This document shows, in pieces, positions 20,043-28,322 of a stretch of DNA of 64,000 bases; the first letter of the stretch is position 1, and each line of letters starts with the position of its first letter. The position numbers were made by a program, and so were the translations under genes. The DNA lies in contig JAFGQU010000013.1 of NCBI GenBank assembly GCA_016935525.1, positions 26,523-90,522 of the forward strand, given 5' to 3'. Source of the DNA: Candidatus Omnitrophota bacterium (lineage in GTDB: Bacteria; Omnitrophota; Gorgyraeia; Duberdicusellales; 4484-171). The notes beneath the pieces were generated by a model. It saw only the letters and a program-made list of their open reading frames with translations. It did not search any database and was not told where the DNA came from.

Positions 20043-21069
20043 AAAGATCCTCGTGGTACGTACCGACCGGATGGGGGACGTGATCCTGTCTACTCCGGTG
20101 ATTTCGGCGTTACGCCGGCGATATCCCCACGCGTATATCGCGTTTATGTGCCGGCCGTATACCCGGCCGTTACTGGAAGGCAATCCCGGTCTAAACGAAG
20201 TGATCGAGTGTGATAAATCCGGATCTCATAAGGGATTCTGGGGGACAGTACGGTTTATCCGCGCCTTGCGGCGTACACGGTTCGATGTAGCGATCATTCT
20301 TCATCCTACGGTCCGGGTCCATCTGGTCACTTTTTTTGCCGGGATCCCCCGGCGTATCGGGTGGGATAAAAAGAATAGTTTTCTGCTTACCAGAAAAATC
20401 CCTCATCTTAAACAGCAAGGGGAAAAACATGAGTCTCAATATACTTTGGATATTTTACGGGCTCTTGGTATCGAGACGCGAGAAATAAAACCGTTTGTGC
20501 CGGTGAGTGAGGCGGCCCGGATGAACATAGCCAAAAGGCTTCAGGATAAAGGAATAAAAGTAAACGAACCATTCATTGTCGTTCATCCTTCGGCGTCATG
20601 CCCTTCTAAACGCTGGCCACAAGAACATTTCGTGACGTTAGTCAATAAGATCAAAACCGGATTAAGGCTGCCGGTGGTACTGGTGACTTCCCGTGATGAG
20701 AAAGAATTCGGCGGTAAAGTCGCTCAGGTCCCTGAGGTGATCGATCTGAGAGGCGCACTGGAGCTTTCCGAACTTATCGCTCTTATCGAAAAGGCCGCGC
20801 TGTTTATTTCCAACGATTCCGGGCCGGTGCATATCGCAGCAAGCCTGGATGTGCCGGTGATCTCTATCTTCGGCCGGAGTGATCCGGGACTTTCTCCGGA
20901 ACGTTGGAAGCCGCTCGGTGAGCATTCGGTGTTTGTCCATAAAGATGTAGGCTGTCCGGTCTGTTTCGCTCACGATTGCCGAAAAGGATTTTTATGTTTA
21001 GAGTCCATTACTCCGCAGGAAATATTTGCTCTGGTTGAGAAAATCCTTGCCAAACATAAAAAAATCTGA
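20026..21069 (+). CDS. GT9 family glycosyltransferase (heptosyltransferase-like)
   Basis: RTDRMGDVILSTP, KRWP, SNDSGPVHIA, SIFG. Confidence 0.9.
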   Translation: MLKEPEKILVVRTDRMGDVILSTPVISALRRRYPHAYIAFMCRPYTRPLLEGNPGLNEVIECDKSGSHKGFWGTVRFIRALRRTRFDVAIILHPTVRVHLVTFFAGIPRRIGWDKKNSFLLTRKIPHLKQQGEKHESQYTLDILRALGIETREIKPFVPVSEAARMNIAKRLQDKGIKVNEPFIVVHPSASCPSKRWPQEHFVTLVNKIKTGLRLPVVLVTSRDEKEFGGKVAQVPEVIDLRGALELSELIALIEKAALFISNDSGPVHIAASLDVPVISIFGRSDPGLSPERWKPLGEHSVFVHKDVGCPVCFAHDCRKGFLCLESITPQEIFALVEKILAKHKKI

Positions 21070-21117
21070 TATCACTATTGTTAATATATACTTTTGAGTT
21101 TGTTTAAATAATTTTCA

Positions 21118-21305
21118 GAATAACCAATCACCAAACTGTCCAATTGATTTTACTTTATAAGGATGTCCGATTATTGAAATTTGATTATTGGTTATTGTTT
21201 CCCCCTAGGAATCGCCTTTCCCTTAGGCAGGCGATTCCAGGGACTCGGTCCCGGGAATTCTCCGAATTCCACGGGGGGGTATTGTTTCTTGGTTATTGGT
21301 GATTG
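21118..21305. repeat. Inverted heptamer array (TAACCAA / TTGGTTA) interrupted by a 78-bp multi-hairpin insert
   Basis: taaccaa tcaccaa ... ttgatta ttggtta ttg [insert 21202-21279] ttggtta ttggtga ttg; TATTGTTTC on both sides of the insert. Confidence 0.65.
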
Positions 21306-21326
21306 CAACCTAATATAACTAGAAAA

Positions 21327-22043
21327 ATGATGACTCCGGAAACATATGTATTGCTCGGTACGGCACTGACGATAGGGTTTATTCATACCCTGTTCGGTCC
21401 GGACCATTATCTTCCTTTTATCGTAATGTCTAAAGCGCGTTCCTGGAGCATGACGAAGACTGCAGTGGTTACGATCCTCTGCGGGATAGGTCATGTGGCA
21501 AGTTCCATCGTTCTGGGATTTGTCGGTATTGCTTTGGGAGTTGCGGTATTCCATTTAGAGAATATCGAATCGGTCCGCGGAGAAGTCGCGGCCTGGCTGT
21601 TTTTAGCGTTCGGATTGGCTTATTTTATCTGGGGTATTCGTCATGTCGTGCGTCGGCGGGGGCATCATCACCGGCATGTCCATTTTGACGGAGAAATCCA
21701 CGATCACCCGCATACTCATCTTAAAGAACACAGCCATGTGCATAGCGGACCGAAAGGCGTGAACCTGACTCCCTGGATCCTGTTCACTATTTTTGTGTTT
21801 GGGCCGTGTGAACCGTTGATCCCGATCTTGATGTATCCGGCGGCGAAAGGGAATATGTTTTTGGTGGCAGCGGTTTCTCTCGTGTTCGGAATCACTACGA
21901 TCACGACGATGCTGGCTATCGTGCTTGCCGTCTCCTACGGGCTCGCGAAACTGCCGATGGGGCGGTTAGAAAGATATTCTCACGCTCTGGCCGGACTCGC
22001 GATTTTTCTAAGCGGCGCGGCGATCAAATTGTTCGGCCTTTAA
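21327..22043 (+). CDS. Nickel/cobalt transporter (NiCoT/UreH/RcnA-like) with His-rich loop
   Basis: H-x4-P-D-H (HTLFGPDH) in TM1, His-rich loop HHHRHVH..HDHPHTH..HSHVH, GPCEP, about 6 hydrophobic segments; directly upstream of a [NiFe]-hydrogenase. Confidence 0.75.
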   Translation: MMTPETYVLLGTALTIGFIHTLFGPDHYLPFIVMSKARSWSMTKTAVVTILCGIGHVASSIVLGFVGIALGVAVFHLENIESVRGEVAAWLFLAFGLAYFIWGIRHVVRRRGHHHRHVHFDGEIHDHPHTHLKEHSHVHSGPKGVNLTPWILFTIFVFGPCEPLIPILMYPAAKGNMFLVAAVSLVFGITTITTMLAIVLAVSYGLAKLPMGRLERYSHALAGLAIFLSGAAIKLFGL

Positions 22044-22077
22044 TCGGATTGTCAAAGGACACACAATAAAAAATTAT

Positions 22078-22106
22078 TTGACAAGGTTTTGCGAATATGT
22101 TATCTT
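22078..22106 (+). promoter_or_regulatory. sigma70-type promoter of the hydrogenase operon
   Basis: TTGACA(22078-22083)-17 bp-TATCTT(22101-22106) with extended -10 TG. Confidence 0.75.
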
Positions 22107-22117
22107 TGTCAAGATAT

Positions 22118-22135
22118 ATGTGAACGTATTCACAA
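22118..22135. promoter_or_regulatory. Rex operator
   Basis: ATGTGAA-CGTA-TTCACAA versus Rex consensus TTGTGAA-N4-TTCACAA, just downstream of the promoter. Confidence 0.8.
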
Positions 22136-22153
22136 AATAGAGAGGATGATCCA

Positions 22154-23188
22154 ATGACTCAATACGTAATTCTTAATAAAACCGATCTTGACGAATTTAT
22201 TTCCCGTCTTGCTCAGATTAAAAAGACCGTCGCTCCCGTAAAACGGGGAGTGAAGAATTATGCGTTCGAAGAAGTCACCTCCGGAAAAAACGTCGCCGTA
22301 AAATATATACCTACTATTCTGCCTCCGAAAAAGTATTTCCTGCCTCAGACCGAAACGTTACAGCAGTATGATAAGAGTAAGAAGACCTGGAACGCGGTAA
22401 TGGAGTTTCAGGAAATGATCATATTCGGGGTCCATACCTGCGACCTTGCCGGTATCCAATGTCTTAATATGGCCTTTTCCGATAAACCCAAAGATATCAA
22501 TTATCTTGCCCGTAAGAACAGAATATTGATCATCGGCCTTGAATGTAATGATTATTGCGATGAATACGCGAGCTGTAAGGTGATGGATAACCATATGCCC
22601 AACGGAGGATATGACCTTTTCTTCACCGAACTCGATGACTTTTTTATGGTCCATATCAATACGCTCGAAGGTGAAGATTTGATCGAGAAGACCGGTTTGT
22701 TCAAAGAAGCGAAAGAAGAGCATAAGAAAGCCCTGAAAGCGATGAGGGAAGAGAAAAGGAAACGGTTTAAGGATGAAGTCAATGTGACCCATAACCAGTT
22801 AAAACCGCTATTCGATAAATCGTTCGAAGCGCCGGTGTGGCAGAGTCTCGAGGCGCGCTGTGTTTCCTGCGGAAATTGTACGAATGTCTGTCCTACCTGT
22901 TATTGTTTTGATATCGAAGATGAAATAGACCTGAATCTTACTACGGGCGTGAGAAAACGCCGGTGGGATTCCTGTCAAAACGAACCGTTTGCTCAAGTAG
23001 CCGGCGGTGAGAATTTCCGGGAAGCCCGCGGCGAACGCCAGCGTCACCGGTACCTGCGTAAATTCAAATATCCCGTAGATAAATACAGCCGGTATTTCTG
23101 TACCGGGTGCGGACGATGTTCCCGGACCTGTATGGCTAAGATTAATTTAAAAGAGACCATAAACGAGTTAGCCCAAGGAGCAAAATGA
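22154..23188 (+). CDS. hyhB: Group 3b [NiFe]-hydrogenase (sulfhydrogenase) beta subunit, 4Fe-4S
   Basis: PPKKYF, GVHTCD, CVSCGNCTNVCPTCYCF, WDSC, CTGCGRCSRTC. Confidence 0.88.
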   Translation: MTQYVILNKTDLDEFISRLAQIKKTVAPVKRGVKNYAFEEVTSGKNVAVKYIPTILPPKKYFLPQTETLQQYDKSKKTWNAVMEFQEMIIFGVHTCDLAGIQCLNMAFSDKPKDINYLARKNRILIIGLECNDYCDEYASCKVMDNHMPNGGYDLFFTELDDFFMVHINTLEGEDLIEKTGLFKEAKEEHKKALKAMREEKRKRFKDEVNVTHNQLKPLFDKSFEAPVWQSLEARCVSCGNCTNVCPTCYCFDIEDEIDLNLTTGVRKRRWDSCQNEPFAQVAGGENFREARGERQRHRYLRKFKYPVDKYSRYFCTGCGRCSRTCMAKINLKETINELAQGAK

Positions 23189-24021
23189 AAAGAGTTACCT
23201 TAAAAGAATCGGCGTATAACGTAAAGACCGGGAAGATCCTTGTCGCAAAAATGCTTACCGCCCAGGAGAAATATTTTAAGATCGCTCTAGCCGGAGGTGA
23301 GAGCCTCGACCATGAGCCGGGACAGTTCGTGATGGTAGCGGTTCCGGGGGTGGGTGAGGCGCCGATTTCGGTCTCTTCTTCGCCTACGATCAGAGGGTAT
23401 TTTGAATTGGTCGTACGTGATGCCGGTAAACTGACTCATGTATTACATCAATTAGAAGCCGGCGATACGGTGGGTATCCGCGGACCGTTCGGCGTGGGAT
23501 TTCCTACCCAGATCTTAGAGGGAAACGACCTGGTGTTTGTTGCCGGAGGGTTGGGGATCGTTCCGTTACGGTCGCTGATCAATTTTGTGATTGATAACCG
23601 CCGTGATTTCGGAAAGGTGAGTATTCTCCTTGGGTGTAAGACTCCTCAAGATATGCTGTTTGGCGATGAGGTCGATCAATGGGAAAAACGGCTTGATGTG
23701 AATTTCAATTGTACCGTCGATAAAGCCGATCCCGATTGGAAAGGAAACGTCGGCTTGATCACTTCGTTGATTCCGGGGGTGACTCTTGATATCGAACGGA
23801 CGTTCGCTATCGTAGTCGGCCCGCCGATCATGTATAAATTCGTCATTGCCGAACTGCTTAAGAAGAACATCCCTGAACGGCAGATCTATCTTTCCCTGGA
23901 GAGGCACATGAAGTGCGGGGTTGGCAAGTGCGGCCATTGTCAGATCGGAGATGTGTATTGCTGTCAGGACGGGCCGGTATTTTCTTATGATAAGATAAAA
24001 AATAATATTGAGGCCTTATAA
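23185..24021 (+). CDS. hyhG: Group 3b [NiFe]-hydrogenase gamma subunit (FAD/NAD(P)-binding, 2Fe-2S)
   Basis: PGQF, GEAPIS, RGPFG, AGGLGIVPLRS, VGPPIM, SLERHMKCGVGKCGHC...CQDGPVF. Confidence 0.9.
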   Translation: MKRVTLKESAYNVKTGKILVAKMLTAQEKYFKIALAGGESLDHEPGQFVMVAVPGVGEAPISVSSSPTIRGYFELVVRDAGKLTHVLHQLEAGDTVGIRGPFGVGFPTQILEGNDLVFVAGGLGIVPLRSLINFVIDNRRDFGKVSILLGCKTPQDMLFGDEVDQWEKRLDVNFNCTVDKADPDWKGNVGLITSLIPGVTLDIERTFAIVVGPPIMYKFVIAELLKKNIPERQIYLSLERHMKCGVGKCGHCQIGDVYCCQDGPVFSYDKIKNNIEAL

Positions 24022-24023
24022 TC

Positions 24024-24791
24024 ATGAAAAAACCAAAAGTAGCTTTTTTTGATTTTTCTTGTTGTGAAGGATGTCAGTTGCAGGTTGCTAATTTCGGAGA
24101 AGGATTGTTAGATATCTTAAACCTTATTGAGGTCGTAGAGTTTCGTGAAGTAATGTCCGAAAAATGGGAAGGAGATTTTGATGTCGCGATAGTAGAGGGG
24201 AGCATTACGACCCCTCACGGCGTCGAACGGATAAAAAAGATCAGAGACCGCTCTAAAGTATTGATCGCCTACGGGTCCTGTGCGACTATCGGCGGCATCA
24301 ATGGGATGAAAAATAAATTCGATTTAGACGAGATCAAAGAGTATGTATATAAAGACGGCGCAAAATATTTCGAAACGATTCCGACTCGGCCGGTGCATCA
24401 GGTGGTAAAAGTCGATTACTTTGTGCACGGCTGCCCGGTATATCAGCCGGAATTCGTAAAGGTATTGAAATGCGCTTTACAGGGTATTCCGTATACGGTG
24501 CCGGATCATTCGGTCTGTGTGGAATGTAAACTGAACGAAAACGAGTGTATGTATGATAAAGGGCTTACTTGTTTAGGGCCGGTCACCCGGGCCGGATGTA
24601 ATTCCTGGTGTATTAATAACGGGAATATCTGTTACGGATGCCGGGGGATGGTGAGTAATCCTGCGAAAAACGGGCAGATGGATATCCTGGAGAAACATAA
24701 TATCCCGCTTGACTGGGTAGTGAATAAGATCGATATGTACAATAAACCGCGTGAATTAGAGGAGACCGAGACCAATGGCAAGAAACGTTAA
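24024..24791 (+). CDS. hyhS: Group 3b [NiFe]-hydrogenase small (delta) subunit
   Basis: SCCEGC, VEGS, GSCATIGG, HGCP, VCVEC...CLGPVTRAGC...C...CYGCRG. Confidence 0.92.
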   Translation: MKKPKVAFFDFSCCEGCQLQVANFGEGLLDILNLIEVVEFREVMSEKWEGDFDVAIVEGSITTPHGVERIKKIRDRSKVLIAYGSCATIGGINGMKNKFDLDEIKEYVYKDGAKYFETIPTRPVHQVVKVDYFVHGCPVYQPEFVKVLKCALQGIPYTVPDHSVCVECKLNENECMYDKGLTCLGPVTRAGCNSWCINNGNICYGCRGMVSNPAKNGQMDILEKHNIPLDWVVNKIDMYNKPRELEETETNGKKR

Positions 24792-26100
24792 AGTCAATGT
24801 CGAGTATCTGACCCGGGTCGAAGGGCACGGGAATATCGTCGTAAATGTCAAAGAAGGTAAATTAGAGGAATGCCGTCTTGATATCGTCGAGTCGCCTCGT
24901 TTCTTCGAAGGTATGTTACGGGGACGTTCTATTTTCGAAGCCCAGCATATCACTTCCCGGATCTGCGGGATCTGCGCCTGCGGCCACACTCTGGCTTCGA
25001 TCCAGGCCGCCGAAGATGCTATCGGGTTTATACCGTCAGAGCAGACTACTATGTTGAGAAAATTGCTTCTTCATCAGGAGAATCTTGACAGCCATATCCT
25101 GCATATCTATCTGTTGGTCGCCCCGGACCTGCTGGGGGTAAAAAGTTTTGTTCCGCTTATCGATACTCATAATAAAGTCGTCCGGCGGGCTTTGCGGATG
25201 AAGAAGAGCTGTAACGATGTCTGCGATATCCTGGTCGGCCGTCATGTCCATCCGATCTCGGCTATCGTCGGAGGATTTACCAAATTACCGCGCGAAAAAG
25301 ACCTGGATGCGATGATGGATATTTTGGTCAGTATGCGCGCGGATATGGATGCGACCGTCGAGTTATGTAAAACGTTGAAGTTCCCTCAGTTTGAACGGGA
25401 AACCGAGTATGTTGGGTTAGTCAGCGATGATGATGAATACCCGATGCTCATCGGCGATGTCGGCTCGACTGACGGGAAACGTATGGATAAACATGAGTAT
25501 CGTAAGATCACCAACGAGTTCGTGATGCCGCATTCTTCGGCTAAACACGCCAAATGGAACCGTGAATCGTATATGGTGGGGGCGCTCGCCCGGGTGAATC
25601 TGAACTACAAGAAGCTTCATCCTAAAGCCAAGGCCGTCGCCGATTTCCTGGGGTTACATAAGATCTGTTACAACAGTTTTCTCAATACCGCAGCGCAATT
25701 GGTCGAATGTATCCATTCACTGGAAGAATCGATCGCGATCCTCGAATATTTTAAAAACCATGGCGTCAAGCATGAGGAAGCTCTGGTGGTAGGGTTGAAC
25801 GAAAAAAAGACTATTCCGGTAAAAGCCGGTAACGGTGTCGGCGCGGTGGAGGTGCCTCGCGGGCTCCTTTTCCATAACTATGAAGTTGACGATGACGGTA
25901 AGATCGTCAATGCCAATTGCATTATCCCTACTTCTCAAAACGTCAATAGTATCGAACATGATATGAAAAAACTGGTACCTCAGATCCTTGAGAAGTCCGA
26001 TGAAGAGATCACTCTGATGATGGAGATGCTGGTACGGGCTTATGATCCCTGTATATCGTGTTCGGCCCATTTCCTCGATGTCAAATTCGTTAACCGCTAG
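24775..26100 (+). CDS. hyhL: Group 3b [NiFe]-hydrogenase large (alpha) subunit
   Basis: TRVEGH, L1 RICGICACGH, EVPRG, IIPT, L2 DPCISCSAH followed by a cleavable C-terminal tail FLDVKFVNR. Confidence 0.95.
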   Translation: MARNVKVNVEYLTRVEGHGNIVVNVKEGKLEECRLDIVESPRFFEGMLRGRSIFEAQHITSRICGICACGHTLASIQAAEDAIGFIPSEQTTMLRKLLLHQENLDSHILHIYLLVAPDLLGVKSFVPLIDTHNKVVRRALRMKKSCNDVCDILVGRHVHPISAIVGGFTKLPREKDLDAMMDILVSMRADMDATVELCKTLKFPQFERETEYVGLVSDDDEYPMLIGDVGSTDGKRMDKHEYRKITNEFVMPHSSAKHAKWNRESYMVGALARVNLNYKKLHPKAKAVADFLGLHKICYNSFLNTAAQLVECIHSLEESIAILEYFKNHGVKHEEALVVGLNEKKTIPVKAGNGVGAVEVPRGLLFHNYEVDDDGKIVNANCIIPTSQNVNSIEHDMKKLVPQILEKSDEEITLMMEMLVRAYDPCISCSAHFLDVKFVNR

Positions 26101-26563
26101 TGTCCTTTCTGCGTTACGCCGGTATCCCGGCCACAATGTTTTTATTACCGTAGGGAACAGTTTACGGAGTGATGACGGTGTGGGGCCGTATATCTCATCG
26201 GTTCTGGAAAATCTCAAAGACCTGAGTGTGATCGCTGCCGGACAGAATCCCGAGAACGTGATCGATAAGGTGGCCGGGTTGCGTCCCGCCCGTATCCTTA
26301 TTATCGATGCGGCTGATTTCGGGAAGAACCCCGGTTATACCCAGATCGTGGACCGTGAACATATCCCCGAGACCAGTGTCAGTACGCATGCGATTTCATT
26401 GAAAGTCATCGCTCATCTTATAGAGGAAGATACCGGCGTGGCTGTGGAATTTCTGGGTATTCAGCCGCAATCGGTCGAGTTGAAAGAAGGGTTATCCCCG
26501 CAGGTAAAAGAGACTGCCGATGCGATTATCGCCGTAATCAGGAAGGAGTTTTCTCATGCATGA
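26078..26563 (+). CDS. hycI: Hydrogenase maturation endopeptidase (HycI-like)
   Basis: VGNSLRSDDGVG, PEN, IIDAADFG..PG, STH, GIQP, GLS..V. Confidence 0.88.
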   Translation: MSNSLTASVLSALRRYPGHNVFITVGNSLRSDDGVGPYISSVLENLKDLSVIAAGQNPENVIDKVAGLRPARILIIDAADFGKNPGYTQIVDREHIPETSVSTHAISLKVIAHLIEEDTGVAVEFLGIQPQSVELKEGLSPQVKETADAIIAVIRKEFSHA

Positions 26564-26798
26564 GATGCATTTGGTAAAAGACCTATTTGAAGATGTTTTA
26601 ACCCATGCTCGCAATAACCAGGCCGATAAGGTGACGAAAGTATACCTTAAAATGGGCGAGTTTACCGAGATCAATGAAGAGGTGCTCCGGTTCTTTTTCA
26701 AAGAAAAAGGGGCCCAGACAATATTAGAAGGTGCCGAATTAGTCATCGAAAAAAGCCCGGCCCGCGAATTACGGCTGGTATCGTTTGATTGCGAGTAA
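26556..26798 (+). CDS. hypA: Nickel metallochaperone HypA, short form lacking the zinc-finger
   Basis: N-terminal MHE Ni motif, V..V.L..GE......L.F.F..., LEGAELVIE and EL.L.S terminal strand; no CxxC pairs. Confidence 0.8.
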   Translation: MHEMHLVKDLFEDVLTHARNNQADKVTKVYLKMGEFTEINEEVLRFFFKEKGAQTILEGAELVIEKSPARELRLVSFDCE

Positions 26799-26799
26799 A

Positions 26800-26895
26800 G
26801 ATGCAGATGATCGCTGATTTTGGATTCACACAGATGATCGCTGATATTATATCTGTGGCAATCTGTGATTCTCTGAATCTGTGATCATCAGCGTG
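26800..26895. repeat. CAGATGATC / ATCTGTG inverted repeat element
   Basis: gcagatgatcgctgat...acacagatgatcgctgat ... atctgtggcaatctgtg...atctgtgatcatcagcg. Confidence 0.75.
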
Positions 26896-26912
26896 AAGGA
26901 GCGAAGCGACGA

Positions 26913-28211
26913 ATGTGTTATGCTATTCCCGGAAAAGTAAAACGGTTCCAAGATAAGTTTGTCATTGTCGATTATTTCGGCGAAGAACGCCGGGCGTATA
27001 ATGAGCTGGATGATCTCTCAATCGGAGACTATATTTACGCTCAGGGCGGTTACGCCATCCAAAAGATAGCATCGGATGAGGCCGAAAGTATATTGATGAC
27101 GTGGAAAGAGACTTTTTTTGAATTACAGGAAGTCGACCTCCAACTTTCCCGGATGGATCTTGAATCTAAAGACCTTTCGCTCCGAGTCGTCGGGCTGCTT
27201 GATAAAGTGAATCACGGGTTTTCTTTAAAAACCGACGAGTTGGAATACATCCTTGGCCTTGAAGATGAAAAAGAAAAAGAGTTTATATGTAAAAATGCGA
27301 ATTTTTTAAGGCAGAAATATCATAAGAACGCCTGTTGTGTGCATGGGATCATCGAGATATCCAACCGGTGCGCCCGGGATTGTCATTATTGCGGTATTTC
27401 TACGTTTAATAATAATCTTATCCGGTATCATATGGACGCGGATGAGATATTCGCGGTCGCTCAAAAAGCCGTCAAAGAATATAGTTTTAAAGCATTGGTC
27501 TTACAGAGCGGTGAAGAGTGCGGGTATAATACCCGTGAATTGGCGGGAGTGATCTCGAAAATCCGCCGTGAATTAGGCGCGTTGGTATTTATCAGTTTTG
27601 GCGAGATATCTCTTGAAGCTCTCGATCAGTATTATCAGGCCGGGGCCAGAGGGATATTGTTGCGGTTTGAGACGTCGAACGAAGGATTATATAACCGTCT
27701 TCATCCCGGAGGAGCATTGGCTAGGCGTATTGATTTGATCCGGGCGGCCGATAAGCGGGGCTATCTGGTCGCAACCGGCGGTCTCATCGGGTTGCCGGGG
27801 GCGACTGCGCATGATATCGTGAACGATGCTTTGTTAGCTAAAGAGCTGAACGCCGAGATGTATTCGTTCGGCCCGTTTATTCCATCGCACGATACGCCGC
27901 TTTCACAATCTTTTTCGGTCTCACCGGATTATATGCGGATGGTCATCGCCCTTATCCGGCTGGTCGATCCTGCGAAAGGGAAAATATTAGTGACTACGGC
28001 ATTTGAAACGTTAGACCCTTTAGCCAGGCGCCAGGGGCTGCTGTGCGGCGCGAATTCGGTTATGCTGAATGTGACTCCCCGCAGGTACCGTCAGCTTTAT
28101 TCGATTTATCCCGGACGGGCTCACCAGTCGCAGTCGATCCCTGAACAGATAGAAGAGACTATTGTATTACTCAAGTCTTTAGGCCGCGCGCCTACGGATC
28201 TGGGTATTTAA
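26913..28211 (+). CDS. Fusion: HypC/HupF domain + HydE-like radical SAM enzyme
   Basis: N-terminal MCYAIPGKV...VDYFG...GDY...GYAI..I...EA (HypC); then GIIEISNRCARDCHYC, LQSGE, LLRFET, GPFIP..DTPL, TTA, GANSVM.N.TP...YSIYPG (HydE signature with YxxY). Confidence 0.85.
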   Translation: MCYAIPGKVKRFQDKFVIVDYFGEERRAYNELDDLSIGDYIYAQGGYAIQKIASDEAESILMTWKETFFELQEVDLQLSRMDLESKDLSLRVVGLLDKVNHGFSLKTDELEYILGLEDEKEKEFICKNANFLRQKYHKNACCVHGIIEISNRCARDCHYCGISTFNNNLIRYHMDADEIFAVAQKAVKEYSFKALVLQSGEECGYNTRELAGVISKIRRELGALVFISFGEISLEALDQYYQAGARGILLRFETSNEGLYNRLHPGGALARRIDLIRAADKRGYLVATGGLIGLPGATAHDIVNDALLAKELNAEMYSFGPFIPSHDTPLSQSFSVSPDYMRMVIALIRLVDPAKGKILVTTAFETLDPLARRQGLLCGANSVMLNVTPRRYRQLYSIYPGRAHQSQSIPEQIEETIVLLKSLGRAPTDLGI

Positions 28212-28236
28212 TCTAACCGGAACGATTCACAACATT

Positions 28237-28254
28237 TTGTGAATTTTATCACAA
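28237..28254. promoter_or_regulatory. Rex operator
   Basis: TTGTGAA-TTTT-ATCACAA, one mismatch to consensus, adjacent to the -35 box of rex. Confidence 0.8.
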
Positions 28255-28258
28255 AATA

Positions 28259-28286
28259 TTGACATCCCGGAAGAATATGGTACACT
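28259..28286 (+). promoter_or_regulatory. sigma70-type promoter of rex-hydG
   Basis: TTGACA(28259-28264)-16 bp-TACACT(28281-28286) with extended -10 TG. Confidence 0.65.
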
Positions 28287-28322
28287 TGTGTTTCTTTAAA
28301 AATAGGCAGGGAGGCCACCACG

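Noticed and set aside
21202-21279. Known NiCo (czcD) riboswitch
   Set aside because: Multi-stem shape is similar, but I could not find the conserved junction nucleotides of that class; kept only as an unexplained structured insert
22154-24021. Anaerobic sulfite reductase AsrA/AsrB
   Set aside because: These are homologous families, but here they are followed by [NiFe] small and large subunits and no AsrC, which defines a group 3b hydrogenase
24775-26100. [NiFeSe] hydrogenase or degenerate active site
   Set aside because: All four ligating residues are ordinary Cys codons in an uninterrupted frame
26913-28211. Biotin synthase BioB
   Set aside because: Motifs (LLRFET, GPFIP..DTPL, GAN..M.N.TP, YxxY) fit HydE/PylB-like enzymes; no bio genes nearby and the N-terminus is HypC-like
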